Position numbers and translations under genes: made by a program. This document shows, piece after piece, positions 1-13,697 of a stretch of 64,000 nucleotides of DNA (positions are counted from its first letter, which is position 1; each line of letters begins with the position of its first letter). Source of the stretch: Lama guanicoe (Eukaryota); the NCBI GenBank assembly GCA_013239625.1, contig MU053584.1, positions 1 to 64,000 on the forward strand. The letters run 5' to 3'. The notes beneath the pieces are model-generated. The model ran no database searches. It saw only the letters and a list, made by a program, of their open reading frames with translations, and was not told where the DNA came from.

Positions 1-477
1 ATGTTCTTGTATCATGTAATCCTGGGTATTGGTTGCCAAGGATTCTGGGTTTTTTTTAGTGATTTAGCCCACTTGTCTGTAGGGAAGTGTTAAATTGAGC
101 ATTTTTTTCCACTAGGAAACATAGTTTATCCGTAGCACATTTGAGTTATATATCCTATTAGTCTTCATGACACCATCCCATTTAAGGTATTTTTCCGATT
201 TTTGCTGTTGTTAAAAAATCTGTGATGTGCATATTGACACTTTTCCTTTTTAGACCAAATTGTCTAGTTAAAATCTAAAACTGGATGAGAGAAATGTTTA
301 TTTTTAAGTTGGCCAGTTTATACATGTCTGTTAACTTCCGACTGATGTTTTGAGTATTAGCCAAAGCATTGTTAATCTTAATGTCAGCAGTGAAGCAGCC
401 CTACTGTGTCACTGACGTTGACATGTGAGCATTTAGTACATTTGGAGACTACAGTATGTGTGTAAATGAACTATATG

Positions 478-855
478 NNNNNNNNNNNNNNNNNNNNNNN
501 NNNNNNNNNNNNNNNNNNNNNNNNNNNNNNNNNNNNNNNNNNNNNNNNNNNNNNNNNNNNNNNNNNNNNNNNNNNNNNNNNNNNNNNNNNNNNNNNNNNN
601 NNNNNNNNNNNNNNNNNNNNNNNNNNNNNNNNNNNNNNNNNNNNNNNNNNNNNNNNNNNNNNNNNNNNNNNNNNNNNNNNNNNNNNNNNNNNNNNNNNNN
701 NNNNNNNNNNNNNNNNNNNNNNNNNNNNNNNNNNNNNNNNNNNNNNNNNNNNNNNNNNNNNNNNNNNNNNNNNNNNNNNNNNNNNNNNNNNNNNNNNNNN
801 NNNNNNNNNNNNNNNNNNNNNNNNNNNNNNNNNNNNNNNNNNNNNNNNNNNNNNN
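478..855. other. Assembly gap (N run), followed by a poly(A) tract at 856-869
   Basis: Run of N seen directly. The poly(A) suggests the 3' end of a retroelement lies in the gap. Confidence 0.99.
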
Positions 856-2353
856 AAAAAAAAAAAAAAGTAGTTGTTAAGCATATAAAGGAAAATACGA
901 ATAAAAAATTGCTAACACTCATTCATGCATGCATTCTGAGCCGTGGATTGTTTAATCACCTAAGAACCGACAGTGTAAGTGTTGTTACCTCCATTACAGG
1001 TAACAGAAGCACAGAGAGGTTAACTCACCCCGGCTTCCCTGGCCAGCATGTGACAAAGCCTACTTTTGAACCCAGGCAGTCTTGTTTTTGAGTTTATACT
1101 CTTAATCATTTTTAAAAAATTCATTTTAGTCCACTTTTGTAAACTTAAGACCTTTGTACCCACAAGTGTTGGCTATGTTTATTACAAAGAAAACAAAATG
1201 TCGGAAAAAACCATGACCAAAGTCAGAGTTGAGTGGAGGGTGGCAGTGCCTCTCATGCTTCCAGCTTTCCTGGGGCCAGAGGCTGGGCTTGCGGTTGGTC
1301 CTCCTCGCTTTCCCTAGCTTTCCCCAAGGTAAGTGTTGCTCCTTGTTCAGTTAAGGCGCCTTGTGACAAAAATGTCACCTTAACTCTTTGAGCAGAGTTA
1401 TTTTGGTGCTGTTAAATCAACATTCGTTTTGACTGTTGTGAGTTTTCCATTAGGCCTTGCCTTCTACAAATTAGCTGCTTTCTAGGAACTGGGGAGTTTT
1501 AGTTTTTGTTTTATAAGGGTCTTCAAGTAGTGGTCGGTTACGGCTTTGTACATATTTAGGTGAAGATGTAGGTGAATTTGTGTGCACAGCATATGCATGT
1601 GAACCCTCAATTCAGTTTTATTTTGCTTTTTGTGATAAAATGATTTATTCAATCTGAATGGGAAAGAGTTAATTTTTATGACTGTAGTCAACCTTTGATT
1701 ATCTTTGTCCATGTAGAGAAAGAACAGTCTATATAAGGTTAACATGAGTTGTGTTTTGTTTGGATTTTTTCTAAACAAAGCTATTCCATATGAGTGGAGT
1801 GATTGTGCAGGCATTCAAATAAAAGATTTGGAGCCATACTGATGAGAAGGAGATGGAAGGTTGTCCTGTTTCACTATCTGATTCTCATGTTTTTATTAAG
1901 CAGAGCCCGTGTCCCTGTGGGCAGTGACTGAGTAATTTAGTTTACGGAACTCGTCTTTGATAATAGCCTGAGGTTGGGGCTAGCCGTCTGAGAAACACTT
2001 TAAAAAAAGAAAAAAGCCGTAGCAGAAGGATCTAGCAAAGGAGTTGACAAGCGGTAATATCACTGGTGTTGAAACTGGTTTGCGTAGATGACACCTTCCT
2101 TGCCTGGCCCCAGTCTTGTGTGTAACTAAGAGCCGACTGTCATACATGATTGCGAAAGAAGAGCATATTTTAAGTACTCAGCTTAATAAATCACTAAGTG
2201 ACTGAATGTTCTTACAGGAATGAATGCTTTTATTAGGAAAAATTCTTTCTCATTTCTGATTTGATAACAATCTAATTTTATTATCATCTCCTACTACTTT
2301 ACCTTCCAAAGCAGTATTTAGATTAAGATAGATTTTCATTTGATTTTTGTAAG

Positions 2354-2485
2354 GTATGTGAATGTCATGCAAAAAAAAAGTTACGAAGATACACAAATAC
2401 CCTTAATCAACCGTAAGAAGTCAGAAAAGCAAGAAAAAGCTCAGCACACGGTGTGTACGGATTGCAGTAGCTACAGTACGTACTG
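2354..2485 (+). CDS. USP3: USP3-like exon 3 (ZnF-UBP), 132 nt, phase 2-2, with a compensated frameshift
   Basis: taag|GTATGTG...TACTG|gtaag; reads (R)YVNVMQKKSYEDTQIPLINRKKSEKQEKAQHTVCTDCSSYSTY(C), versus recalled human RYVNGHAKKHYEDAQVPLTNHKKSEKQDKVQHTVCMDCSSYSTYC. Confidence 0.9.
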
Positions 2486-5400
2486 GTAAGTGTTACTGTT
2501 CCTTTACCGTGAGTGCAAGTGTTTTCTCATCTTCCTCGCTCTTTGCGCTTGCCCCAGCCTCTAAAGCAGTCGAGACGGCCACTGCTGCCTGTGAGTTCTG
2601 TGGGGACTCACAGAGGACGGGGCCACCAGGACCACCTGTACGTATTCATTTGCTTTGCCCTTTCAGCCTCTCCGCTGCCTCTTCTTTCCCACCTCCCGTA
2701 GGCTGCAGGGAAATGAAAAGTAACTATTATTTGTTGTTGCTCACTGTAAGTCCTTTTCTTTTTCTTGTTTTGTTTTTAATTGAAGAATGAAAGGATTAAA
2801 AACTCAGTGCCCCACCTGAGATAAAAACCCATGTTCCTATTGTCCAGTTAACATTTTGTTATATAATCTTAAATTTATAACTTATTTGTTTAAAAAATTA
2901 TTTTGACATTCTCCCCACCCCCAACACAGTTCCGGTCTCCTCTTCTCTTCGGTAGATACGTGTCAAGATTTTTGCTTATAGCTTTTCAGACCAATTTTTG
3001 TTTAAAGTATCACATCTTTTAAAAAGATTTTGGGGGCCCTGTTCTCCTTGTAATAATGTCTACATGTCTGTTTCATATAAATGACAATAAAGTAAGTGTC
3101 TGTTTTTGTGGCGACTTAGAACTAGGCTGTTTAGATTACAAGTGATGTTTAATAACCCATGTCCATTTGGTCTGCTCAGAAATTCAGTGTGTTTTACAGT
3201 TTTAACTTTAGTGTGAAGCAAATTTCTTTCCTTGTCTAGTAAATTATGAACAATTCTTTACTTGTTTTAATCACTTTACTGAATTCAAAAGGTGTTTGAT
3301 ATTGAAAGGAGAAAAAAACCCAAGCTATTTAAAGGCTCTCTTTGGATGTGTTGTAGCTGCCACACAGCCCTTGAATCAATGTCACACAAAGGCCGTAGGT
3401 CATACTGGGCAGGGATGGGGATTTAAAGTCCAGACACCGCTTTTGATTCATACTTTCTACTGAAGTTGTGTGCTGGTCCTTTCTGCATCGTCCTTAGTTG
3501 GTTATTGTAGAAAGCTGTCCATCAAAAGGAAGGAAAGAAAGGTCGGTGGTTTAACATTGCTGTGATGACTGAGTAAAGCCTCGTGAGGGCTAGCCATCCA
3601 GATCACTACCATTTCGGTGATCCTTTGTGCAGAAGGTGTCCGGACCTGGGTGAGAGAGAAGCTAGAGGCAGATGGCAATGTCAGTAGAAGTGAAAATCTC
3701 AGGATTTTCACACAAGGCCTAGTGCTCAGTTTATTGCCATTTGTTCTCATAAAACACTCCTACGAAAGTTAAGTGTTAGCCAAGCTGTTAGAGTGTTTTC
3801 ATTAGTTTCCCCCCCCCTTTCCCTCAGGAAACTAGAATGACAGAGCTACCTAATTGACAGAACTGTGTGTTACTATAAGTTTGTAAGTATTTCTCTTTAG
3901 ACAGCAGAAATTAAGATCGTTCTTGAAGTGTCTGTCTTACAGTCATCAGTGTAGGTCATGGCATCCTGTTCGTACCAGACATTGAAAACATTCAGTCTTC
4001 TTGGTTTTCAGTTAGTAATGTGCATGAAAGGCTTAATGGGGAAGTTTGGAGATACAGCTAAATCTCTGTGTGCAGTGGGTTTTCTTGCTATTGGTGAGAT
4101 TATGAGGAAATGGTAACTCTTTGAGGAAATTTAAAGAATTACCTTAGAATTTTCTTAATGGAGTGGAATTCTGTTCATAGGTCTCTTTAAAGATAAAGAT
4201 TATCTACTTTAATGTCTTTGTATATTGCATTTTGGAGGAATACCTTTATTAACTAGAATTGGAATTTAATTTGTTTTATATTTAATTTAATTTAATTTGT
4301 TTTATGTTGGAGTAGCGTGCTAAAGTACAAATCGTTTCACGGCTGAATTGGAATTAAATGGCGGATCTTGAACCTTGGGGAATAGACACCATGGCAGGGG
4401 CTTCTTGGCCAGTTCCAGTCTTCCGTGAGTGTGTGGACACCCAGAGCTTCTGAAGTGCAGGGAGCTGCAGCTGGTCACAGAACCATCCCATTTGTGGTTT
4501 TAGAACAAAGTGCCAGGGAATTTTGCTCCTGTAGCGTGATACTGACAGCCTATATGGAACCTGTGAGAGTGGTAGACCCATGAGGCTGCAGGTGAAATTC
4601 ACATTTCCCACACCTCACTGTGATGAAGAGACAAACAAAAAAGGCTTTCTTCCGCATGGGGTGTGTGTCTCTGTGTGTATTATTTCCCAGTGTACTTTAG
4701 TATTTTCACTCTAGTTTGTAAATTTTCCTTGTGTATACATTTCTTGTGGTAAGACTGAATGGTTTGTTTCTGAGGTAAAATGTTGGTATATTAGGTTAAA
4801 CCTATTTGATTGTTAATTATTATTTGTAGTCAAAAGACTTTGATTATAGCTAATGTTGAAGCTCCTTTTCCAAGACCTCTGTGCTCTGAGGAAGTTGAAA
4901 CATGTTCTGAGGCTGTTTTTCTGTCCTTACCTTCCCTTTTCCAAGAGGCCCTGTGCGTCTGTCTGTGCAGATCCTTTATGAAGTTATCACTGAGCTGTCC
5001 ACACTGTGCCACCCCCGCCCCCGCCCCCGCTCCAATTGTAGCTGGATGTGATCTCTCCTAAACTCAGAGTTCCTGAGATACTTGTAATTTCCTGCTGCAC
5101 GTTAGTTATTTGTAAATGTCCCTGGGGCCTGCAGGAGCCATATGTCACATCTTTGTATCGACCACAGTACTCAGTGTCTGGTGCAGAGCAGGGCGTAGAT
5201 GTTTGAAAGATTGAATTTTGTTAACTATCTTCCAAAAGTGGGGAAGGTTATACCAAATTTATATTACTGTGCCCTCTTGATCCTCTTGGAGGACTGAAGG
5301 GCTACGGAACATTTTTCCTGAAGATCTAAAATCATAGCATGTGTGAGCTATTCCATATACCTCCCAAGAGGGACACCCTTGCAGAGCAGCTCGCTTCACT

Positions 5401-6993
5401 TCTGATGTAAGGAGGGCATCCAGAAGAGGCACGTATCAACCAAGCAGAACAGCATAAAATAGGCCACTATTTCAAAAGAGGGAAAACGACACCAAAGGGA
5501 GTAATTCTGCTCTGACACAGACGCAGTGCTTTGGGAGACAAATGAAGATTTCAGTAAAAATGAAAATCTCAAGATTTTCACACAAGGGCAAGTGTTCAGT
5601 TAATTGTGTATTCAGTAATATTTCCTTTCCTCTCACCCCAACTCCCCTCCCCCGGTCAACACAAATGGAATTGTATGTGGTGTGCAGTACTGGATCAAAA
5701 AGAAAGACTAAAAATTAGGGGCTTTGATTTCTTACGTAGACAGATATTTAGAGTTAATATATTTTAAAAATACTGAACAGATAATTTTTGACACCTGACA
5801 TAGCCTTGTCAACGTGTAATAGCTGAATTTCTGAAGATTCAAAAGTATGAGAGGGATATTAAAACTAACCAGAATTTTTCCTTCTTGGCAGGGTAATGTT
5901 TGAAAGCACTCCTTCAAATGGAGAAATGTGAAATGTGAGTCAATTGATTTGTCTAGAAAATGGACTTCTAGTTCAGATTTTAAACACCTATAATAAATAG
6001 CCATTTTAATTAAAATTAATAAAAATAAAGCTTTTGTTTGTGGGCTTAAATTGATAGTGAATCATTTTCAGAGGCAGTTGTGATTAAAAACAGGAAGATC
6101 TTTTATTGACTAGCCTTGTAAACTTTTGGACACAAAATTTCAGTGTTGTAAAGATTAGATAACAAGAAGAATTTTTTAAATTTAAAAACAGTATTTTGCA
6201 ATTTTAGTAAAAAGAAACCTTTTAGTGCATGGTCTGAAAACAAAAGTCTCTTTCTTAATAAGCTGGTGCTTGTCTGCTTTTAACAAAGGAAATGGATTTT
6301 CTCTGCAGGTATTCTCATTTTCCAGAATTGGCTGATTTGAGGCTGATTTGATGGCAATACATTAGAATTGAATAAAAGAGAATTTAAAAATAAGCTTATA
6401 TTCTAAAAGAGTTCTTTAGTTTTTACTTTTCTTGGTTTGAAATAGGTGAAGTCATTAGAACATCAGCTTTTTTTTTTTCTGTATCTGTATCTTGTCATTT
6501 ATAGTAAAACTAGAGGTCAGAGTTTCCTCTAGATATCCTATTGTGATGATATTATCTATTAAACAGGGAAATGAAAAAGAATTTAAAATGTAATGATCTA
6601 TTTGCCCTTGTCATTCCTTGAGGGTTACTTTTTACATGAAAGTTTTTTTGTACTAATATTACACAGGACTTAGTGTATAAAGATTGCTTCATAGCCAGCA
6701 GATTAAAGGACTTGTTTCCTTACTGTTGCTTAAAATACTAGGTTAATTTGTACATTGATTACTTCTTGTTACAAATGAGTCAAAAATGGTTTGGTCTGAG
6801 AATATTTTCTTAGTTCTTCAAGAATCTGATGTGGAGCCTTATGACTTGGGTAGCTTCAGTAGCACTAACAACAGGAATGGAAAAAGCTTCAGAATTTTAA
6901 AGCTGAGAAAGAGAGAGAGAGAGTTCTATTTTGGGCATGACATCTGTGCCATACAATTCGGTAGCCGTTGAGCAATTAAAAGTCGCTAGTGGA

Positions 6994-7487
6994 CATTTAC
7001 AACAGCCAAGACATGGAAGCAATCTAAGTTTCTTACCAACACGTGATTGGATAAAGAAGATGTGGTGTAGATGTAGGTACAGTGGAATACTACTCAGCCA
7101 TAAAAGAATGAAACATGCCATTTGCAGCAACATAGATGGACCTAGAGATGATCATACTAAGTGAGGTAAGTCAGAGAAAGGCAAATATTATATGGCATCA
7201 TTTATATCTGGAATCTAAAAAAATAATACAAATGAACTTATTTACAAAATAGAAAGAGACTCACAGATACAGAAAACAAACTTACAGGTTACCAAAGGGG
7301 GAAAGGGGGGATAAATTAGGAGTATGGAATTAACAGATACACACTACTGTATATAAAATAGATAAAGAACAAGGATTTACTGTATAGCACAGGAAACTAT
7401 ATTCAGTATCTTGTGATAACCTCTAACAGAAAAGAATCTGGAAAAAGAATGTTCATATAAATATGGATACCTGAGTCACCTTGCTGT
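6994..7487 (+). mobile_element. L1 3' end fragment inserted into a hAT-Charlie (MER3/MER33-like) element
   Basis: Typical L1 ORF2-end/3'UTR text (gccaagacatggaagcaa...ggataaagaagatgtgg...actgtatagcacagg). Flanked by the near-duplicate agtcgctagtgg / agtggctagtgg. Confidence 0.85.
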
Positions 7488-7619
7488 AAAAGAGAGTGGC
7501 TAGTGGGACTGAGGAATTGAATGTTTTTATTTTATTTTAATTATTATGTTTAAATTGCCAATTGATTGGTAGCTACTGTATCAGAGTGTGGCATCAAACT
7601 TAATATTTAACATTAAGTA

Positions 7620-8410
7620 TATTACTACTATAAAACTTTCCAAACCTTAAGACAAAAATCGGATAGAAACTCCAAAAAGAAGTCAATTTTGCTAATTAAA
7701 ATAGTTGTAAGTTTACTTAAAGCAAATCTGATCCAGTAAGATGTGTCAAAAAGACAAATTATATAATTACTGAATTAATTTCATAAGTTTGCATATTCAT
7801 ATTTATTCATATATTCATTTTCAAAGGAAAACTCAGATTATTGTACCATTAGAAGCAAAAGTACGTTTATAAATAAACCATTTCTGATTTTTGAGAAACT
7901 GATAGCATTGAAATAAAAGGAAACTATTCAAATATGATAGTCCCCCCTAGAAAGGAAGCAGCTGTCACACACTGGTTGGTGGAATATTAAAGCAAAGCCC
8001 TTTCTGTTACATCAGAAACAAGGCAAGTGTTTCTGTCATCGTTTACATCCCTGTCACTATTTTTAAACATCGCTTTGGCCCTTCTAACTGTTGAAATAAG
8101 GCAAAGAATAAGTAAACAATTGCTCTAAATATTGGAAAGGAAGAAAAATTATTTCTGCTTTCAAATTATATAATAGAATACCCAGAAAACTCGAGGGCTT
8201 CAGTACAGGTAGAATTAATAAGAAATTTTGAAATAGTGCATGATAAATATGCAAAAACTAATAGTTTTCTCTTCATTAGCAGTCATTAGTTAAAATTGGA
8301 AATGACCAAACAAAAAAAATTCAACATGACAAAAACTATAAACTATATCTAGAAATAAATATAATAAAGACACAAAGCAAAGATACAGATCCTTTATGAA
8401 GAAAACTCGG
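7620..8410 (+). mobile_element. Old, degenerate L1 ORF2 remnant
   Basis: A-rich sequence with decayed L1 reverse-transcriptase-region phrases (gcaaagccctttctgttacatcagaaacaaggcaag). Confidence 0.55.
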
Positions 8411-11400
8411 CATTATAAGCAGTTTCTTTCTCTTCCCCCGGATTTTTACCTTCAAAACCTTTATTTGAGACAAGGTCCTCAAACATAATGTGAACAATTC
8501 TTAAAATCAGAATAGTATATATTGTTTTTATTCAGTAAATATTCATTGAGAACCTGCTACGTGTTAGGGGCCTGCTTTTTAGAGCAGTGGTCTCTAAAAT
8601 AATGTACTTGGGGGTATGGGAAGAAAATATCAGAATGTCTATTAAATCCTTTTATCTAAAGAAAAGAAAAAAAGGCTTTGCAAATATTTAGTCTGCCTAC
8701 TGCCACTGGTCGGTAGGTGAGATGGTTACGTGGCGTGAACCAAACGCGGAGGGTCCTGACTCGGAGCTTCACGTGTTGTCCTCACCCTTGCTGCCGTCTG
8801 GCCTTGGCCAGTGTGTAACGGTTTCTGTCTGCCTAGTTATGTGGATTCACTTGATATTACCAAATCAACCCTCATCAGATGGATACATATTTTTAAAAAT
8901 GTGCACAAGAAAAAATCCTCCAAGGTAACACTAACAGTAGTAACGCAAATACTGGTGAACAAGGAAGAGGCAAGCTGACATATGTTACTGTGAGCCCATC
9001 AGACATACCGCAAAGTAAAGATACTGGCTCTAATAAAAACACAGACCAAGCAGATCTGATTAATGGGACAAAAAGTTCGAGAGATCACATGAAGTAGGAA
9101 ATTACATCCACTGTCATTTATCTCAAGTATCACCCTATGTGTATATTGTATTTTGAGATAATAGATTCATAATGCTCTGAAGATATGAATAGCAAGATAT
9201 TTTAAAATAGTTTATTTCATCTCTAGATGATTCTTCTAAAATTTTTCTTTTTTAACTATACGTGTATTATTTTACACTTACTTGCATATATAATTAATGC
9301 AATTAATACAAACATATTGGGTGTGGTGGATGCTCAGTTTTGTGGCTTATTTTTTAACTTGATTAGGAGCCATTGACAATAATTTGATTAGGAGCCATTG
9401 GTGTTTTGTCTTTTATAATTAGAGGGGGCATGAGGTGCAGGGCAAAAAGAGAAAGGAAGCAAGTGCTTCTAAAATTAGGATTTTTAAAAGGAAGTAAACC
9501 TACATTAAATTGTAGGACAAGCAAGTGATTGAGCCGTGCTGCATGTTTTAATTTTTGGAGAACGGGGAAAGAGTACAGATGGGGGTGGCCACGTAGGAAA
9601 TAGTTTTTACCATTAAAAGAACTAAGTGGTGCTACTTGGAAAATACTGAGGAGGGTAAGGGAGTTGGTGTATGGGACAAAAGCGTATATCTAAACGTAAA
9701 GCATTTAATGCTGAAGGGAAAGGGAAGATTTGGGGGGAAAGGCGAGAGAGAAGAAAATTGAGGTGAGGTTGACATTGCGCAGACCATCAAGTACTGTAGC
9801 TTAATTCAGATACAGGTATCTGTGGATTTGAAAGTCACTGTATTTGGGGGTTGGGGGGATATCACCCCAAAGGAGGTAACCAAGGTATAGAACAAAATGT
9901 TAGTTGAGATTGAGGAGAAAAAAGATGAGTTTGGGGGAGATTATATAAAGAAACATAGAAAGGATTAGGTATGATTAGATGTGAGAAGTTAGAAAAAAAT
10001 CAAGATTACAGATGTACACATAAAGAATCAATGTAATGAAAAAAATTGGACAGTTTTGCTGTTTATTAGAGTAATCAGAATTGAAAATAACTTAAGCTGT
10101 GGTTTTTATCAATTTTTAACCTAATTATATAATAGTATAAATAACGTGTGTTTCTTATGAAAATTTACCTGCTACCTGGTAGATACTCTTTCAACACAAG
10201 GTGGTCAAATTAATTGTGTGTCTTCTGCCCTTAACAGTATGTAATACTCTACATTTAATTAGTTTGTTAACCTTTGGCTTAAAGTAGTGTAGAATTACTT
10301 TAGGATCATATTTGGCTCAAGGAACTTGGTTTGAGGCTAAGTTGTATGTAGCTAAGATGATAGTGTAGTTTGTCTCAAGGTGTTGGGCGTAGAGGAAGTG
10401 CCGGTCGTCCTCCTGCCTTTTTATATCTGATTGCCTCATCTACCGTCTCTAATATGTTTCCTAATGTGATTTCGAAGTATTTTTTTGTCTTTAGTGTTCA
10501 GTTTGCCTAAGTTTTCTTACGCAGTTCTCTCTTCTTACTAAATACAGAAGAAAATGTTTTCCTTATGTGACAAGTGGTCTGTTAGAAGTAGAGCTCATCT
10601 TTTCTGGAAGGATCACCTAAAATCATTAAAGTAAAACTTGCCTAAGTGTTAATTTAATAGCCAAAACATTGGTCAGGCGATATAGGTAGTTCCTGACTTT
10701 GGTTTGATAGACACATGAAGTCCTGTTTATATGAAGGGGCACCAAAACCTGGACGTCTGCTCCAGTTTCTCAGTGGAAAGAAGAAAAGGGTGGCACTTTT
10801 TATATTATTTCAGTTACATTTTGGGAACCAGGTGTATTTTCACTTTACAACATATAACCATACATTATACCGTTTTTCTTTCAAAATGGGAAAAAGGAAT
10901 CGACATTTCAGAGGCCAAATCTAGAAGCTTTTGAAACACAACCTGAAAGTTACTATCTTTTTTTGTACTTCTTATTCTGGTGTGACCTTTCTGAAGGGCA
11001 AACTAAGAAAAGTGGCTACATTGTTTGCAGGTGTTGGAGGAAAGCATGATTCTGACTTAGCTTCAACACAATGGTAAACCAGGAAGAGACCTTTAGAGTT
11101 TGTTTACTTGAATCAATGTCTCAGCTAAAGACTAAGGCAACAGACAGCATTTAAATTCTTATTTATTTCCTACTTTTGTAACTTATTTTCTTTTGACCTC
11201 TGGGTCAGGGAGGAAGAAGAAATCAAAATGGGGGATGGGGGCAGCTAGAGGAGAGAGGGCTGTAAGGCAGCTCTTGGTTCCGCCATGGAAGGAAGCTCAC
11301 ACGTATCCACCCTCTACCACGTGCCAGGTGCTCTTGGAAGTTTTGACCCTTAGAAGCAGATGCTTTCCTTTCATCATCAGCAGCTAACACAGAGCGCAGT

Positions 11401-11632
11401 AGATTCAGGCAGTGTGCAGTTTATAATCTTGGCAGGAAATGTCCTTCCGAGTGACTGTAAGAAGACCTAAAATTGACTCTTGACAAATAGGGATAATTGT
11501 GAAAACTTAAAATGTGTTAAGCCAGTGTCCAGTTAAGTCCAGTTGAAGTTGATTTCTTATAATTCAATAAAGTTATAGTTGTTACCTGTTTATGATGTTG
11601 GGCAGGTAGCATCTTAGATATTCTTTAGACTA

Positions 11633-12000
11633 GCAGTGCTGTCCAACAGAAATAATTTATCCCGTATGTAATTTATAATTTTCAAGTAGCCACATTAAAA
11701 AAGCAAAGAGAAATAGGCTAATTAATTTTAATTGTGTATTTTATTTAACCCAGTTATCCAAAGTATTATGTCAACATGGTAATTTATATAGAATTATTAG
11801 AGATAGTTTGCGTCTTTTTTTATGAAACCTTCAAAATCCAACGTGTATTTTATACATACAGAATGTCTCCATTCAGATGCTAACTTTTCATCCGAAATGC
11901 TTGATCTGTATTTAGTCATTAAAATTGCAGTTAAAAATGTAGATTACAAACACTATTAAGATTTTGCCAGTTAATGAGTAAAGTACCAGAAAACCCCATT
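11633..12000. mobile_element. hAT-Charlie (MER33/Charlie1-like) DNA transposon fragment
   Basis: cagtgctgtccaacagaaat terminus; tagccacattaaaaaag...aattaattttaat. Confidence 0.7.
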
Positions 12001-13600
12001 TTCTTCAGTATTTGCATCTGTATTGACAAGACTGACGCATCTTTTTAGAATAATTGATTTGACTCTGAAGCAAGAGCATATCAGTTTCAAAACTGTATGT
12101 AAGTTGAGTAAATCCACTATTGTAACAACTCATTATTGAATTCAGAGGGCGATTATGTAAACTGAAAATCACCTCTAAATTTACCCATATCACAAAGCAT
12201 TCTTCATTTTTTTTTTGTAGATTCTGCATCCGACTTAATGCTTTATCATTAAAATCTTGTGCATCTTTGTTCATGCTAAAGTGTGTAAGAATCATTATTG
12301 ATTTGTATTATGAATAGTATAAATTTTAACAAAAGTTCTAATACCTGTCTGTCTAGGTCACAAACAAGCTTGCTCTCTCCTGGGATTTGTAAACTGAGCT
12401 CAGGCGTTTGTGTTGTGATCCAGGTGAGTCGTAAATCCTGCTGTGATGTTTTCTCTCTGCTGAATACAGGCAAGTGTGCCTTTTGTTTCAAGAAAATCTT
12501 GAATTAGAGTTAACAGTACAGTGAACCTTTGTTAAATTCTTCCATGACTTCCAGTGAACACTGGGAGAGAACACATCGTCATTAAATTCATCATCTTCTA
12601 TTTCTTTTAACAGCTCCATAAACTGGTGATGATTCGTAGCATTTGTACATATGTATTATACAATTTCCGTAACTGCTTCCATGATAGTCTGCTTCAGAGC
12701 ACACGTATTTTCAGTAGGTTAACACTCACTAGAGCAAATAAGGGAAATAATTCCGGTAAATCTGGGCTTTTGATCCCATATGTCTGTCTTAAGTTTTTTT
12801 AAATCTAGCTGAAAGTGATGGATATAAAAGATTAAGAAATATTTACAGCATGAGATTGATTGTTTTTAAGGTTGCTAATAGACAAAGGCATTTCAATTTG
12901 GAAGTCATTTGAGACAAAATGTCCCTAAAGTATTAATTGGCCACCATTTCTTGTCTTGTAAAAGTCATCTAAAGCTAAAAATAAAAATACGTAAAAATTT
13001 CAGATGTTGAACTGATTGATCTTACTAGAAAGGTCTTTTATTCACTGATAGTTGCTTGGTGGATCAATTGAAGATCTTTCACTTTTTATAAAATAGCCTT
13101 TTTAATCTTGACCTCAAAATTTTAAACATAATTCCTTTAGCTAAAATAATAATTTATTGTTCCATCTTGCCATCTGAAAATGATTTTCTTTCTTAAGAAT
13201 TCAAGCTGTTTTATAGCTGGCCAGAATTACAAGTGCAAATCCTTAAAATTACCAAGAAATTTTTTTTATTATACATTTCATTCTGATTTCATTGATTGTG
13301 AAAAATTACGTTGATTATATTTTGACTGTAGAGAGCTAACTTCTCAAATTATTATGCACTTGCTGAAGATGACTCTTAATATTGTCTGCTTTATTATCTT
13401 ACAAGTTTTTTTACACAGCTTGGTAATTTTGCTCTGTTGTAGTAAGTTATAATTGCCGTTCTTTGTAAAATTTGTGATACACCTTCTCGACTTGATTCTG
13501 CCTCATTAGTGTGCCTTCATTTGGAAGTGAAAAAATTTTTCATTCTTAATTTTTAAGCCGGAAGGATAACTTAATTATATTATAATTAAAATAAGTGTTT

Positions 13601-13697
13601 GTTTATTTATTTTTAATGCAGGCACTGGGGATTGAACCCAGAACCATGTACATACGAAGCAGGCACTCTGTCACTGAGCTATACCCACCCCCACCCC
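13601..13697 (-). mobile_element. tRNA-derived SINE, camelid vic-1 type
   Basis: Reverse complement gives gggtatagctcagtgacagag...gggttcaatccccag (Pol III A and B boxes) and an A-rich tail. Target-site duplication aaataagtgttt at 13589-13600 and 13698-13709. Confidence 0.85.

Noticed and set aside
449..1091. Four long ORFs in the track at the window start
   Set aside because: They consist mostly of X from the N gap.
9359..9400. 17-bp direct repeat ttgattaggagccattg with an 8-nt spacer; similar 18-bp pair at 61944-61984
   Set aside because: Two-copy local slippage duplications; not CRISPR-like and no sign of function.
13601..13697. tRNA-Ala-like sequence on the minus strand (also 35823-35981)
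   Set aside because: A-rich tail, target-site duplication and degenerate stems indicate SINEs, not tRNA genes.
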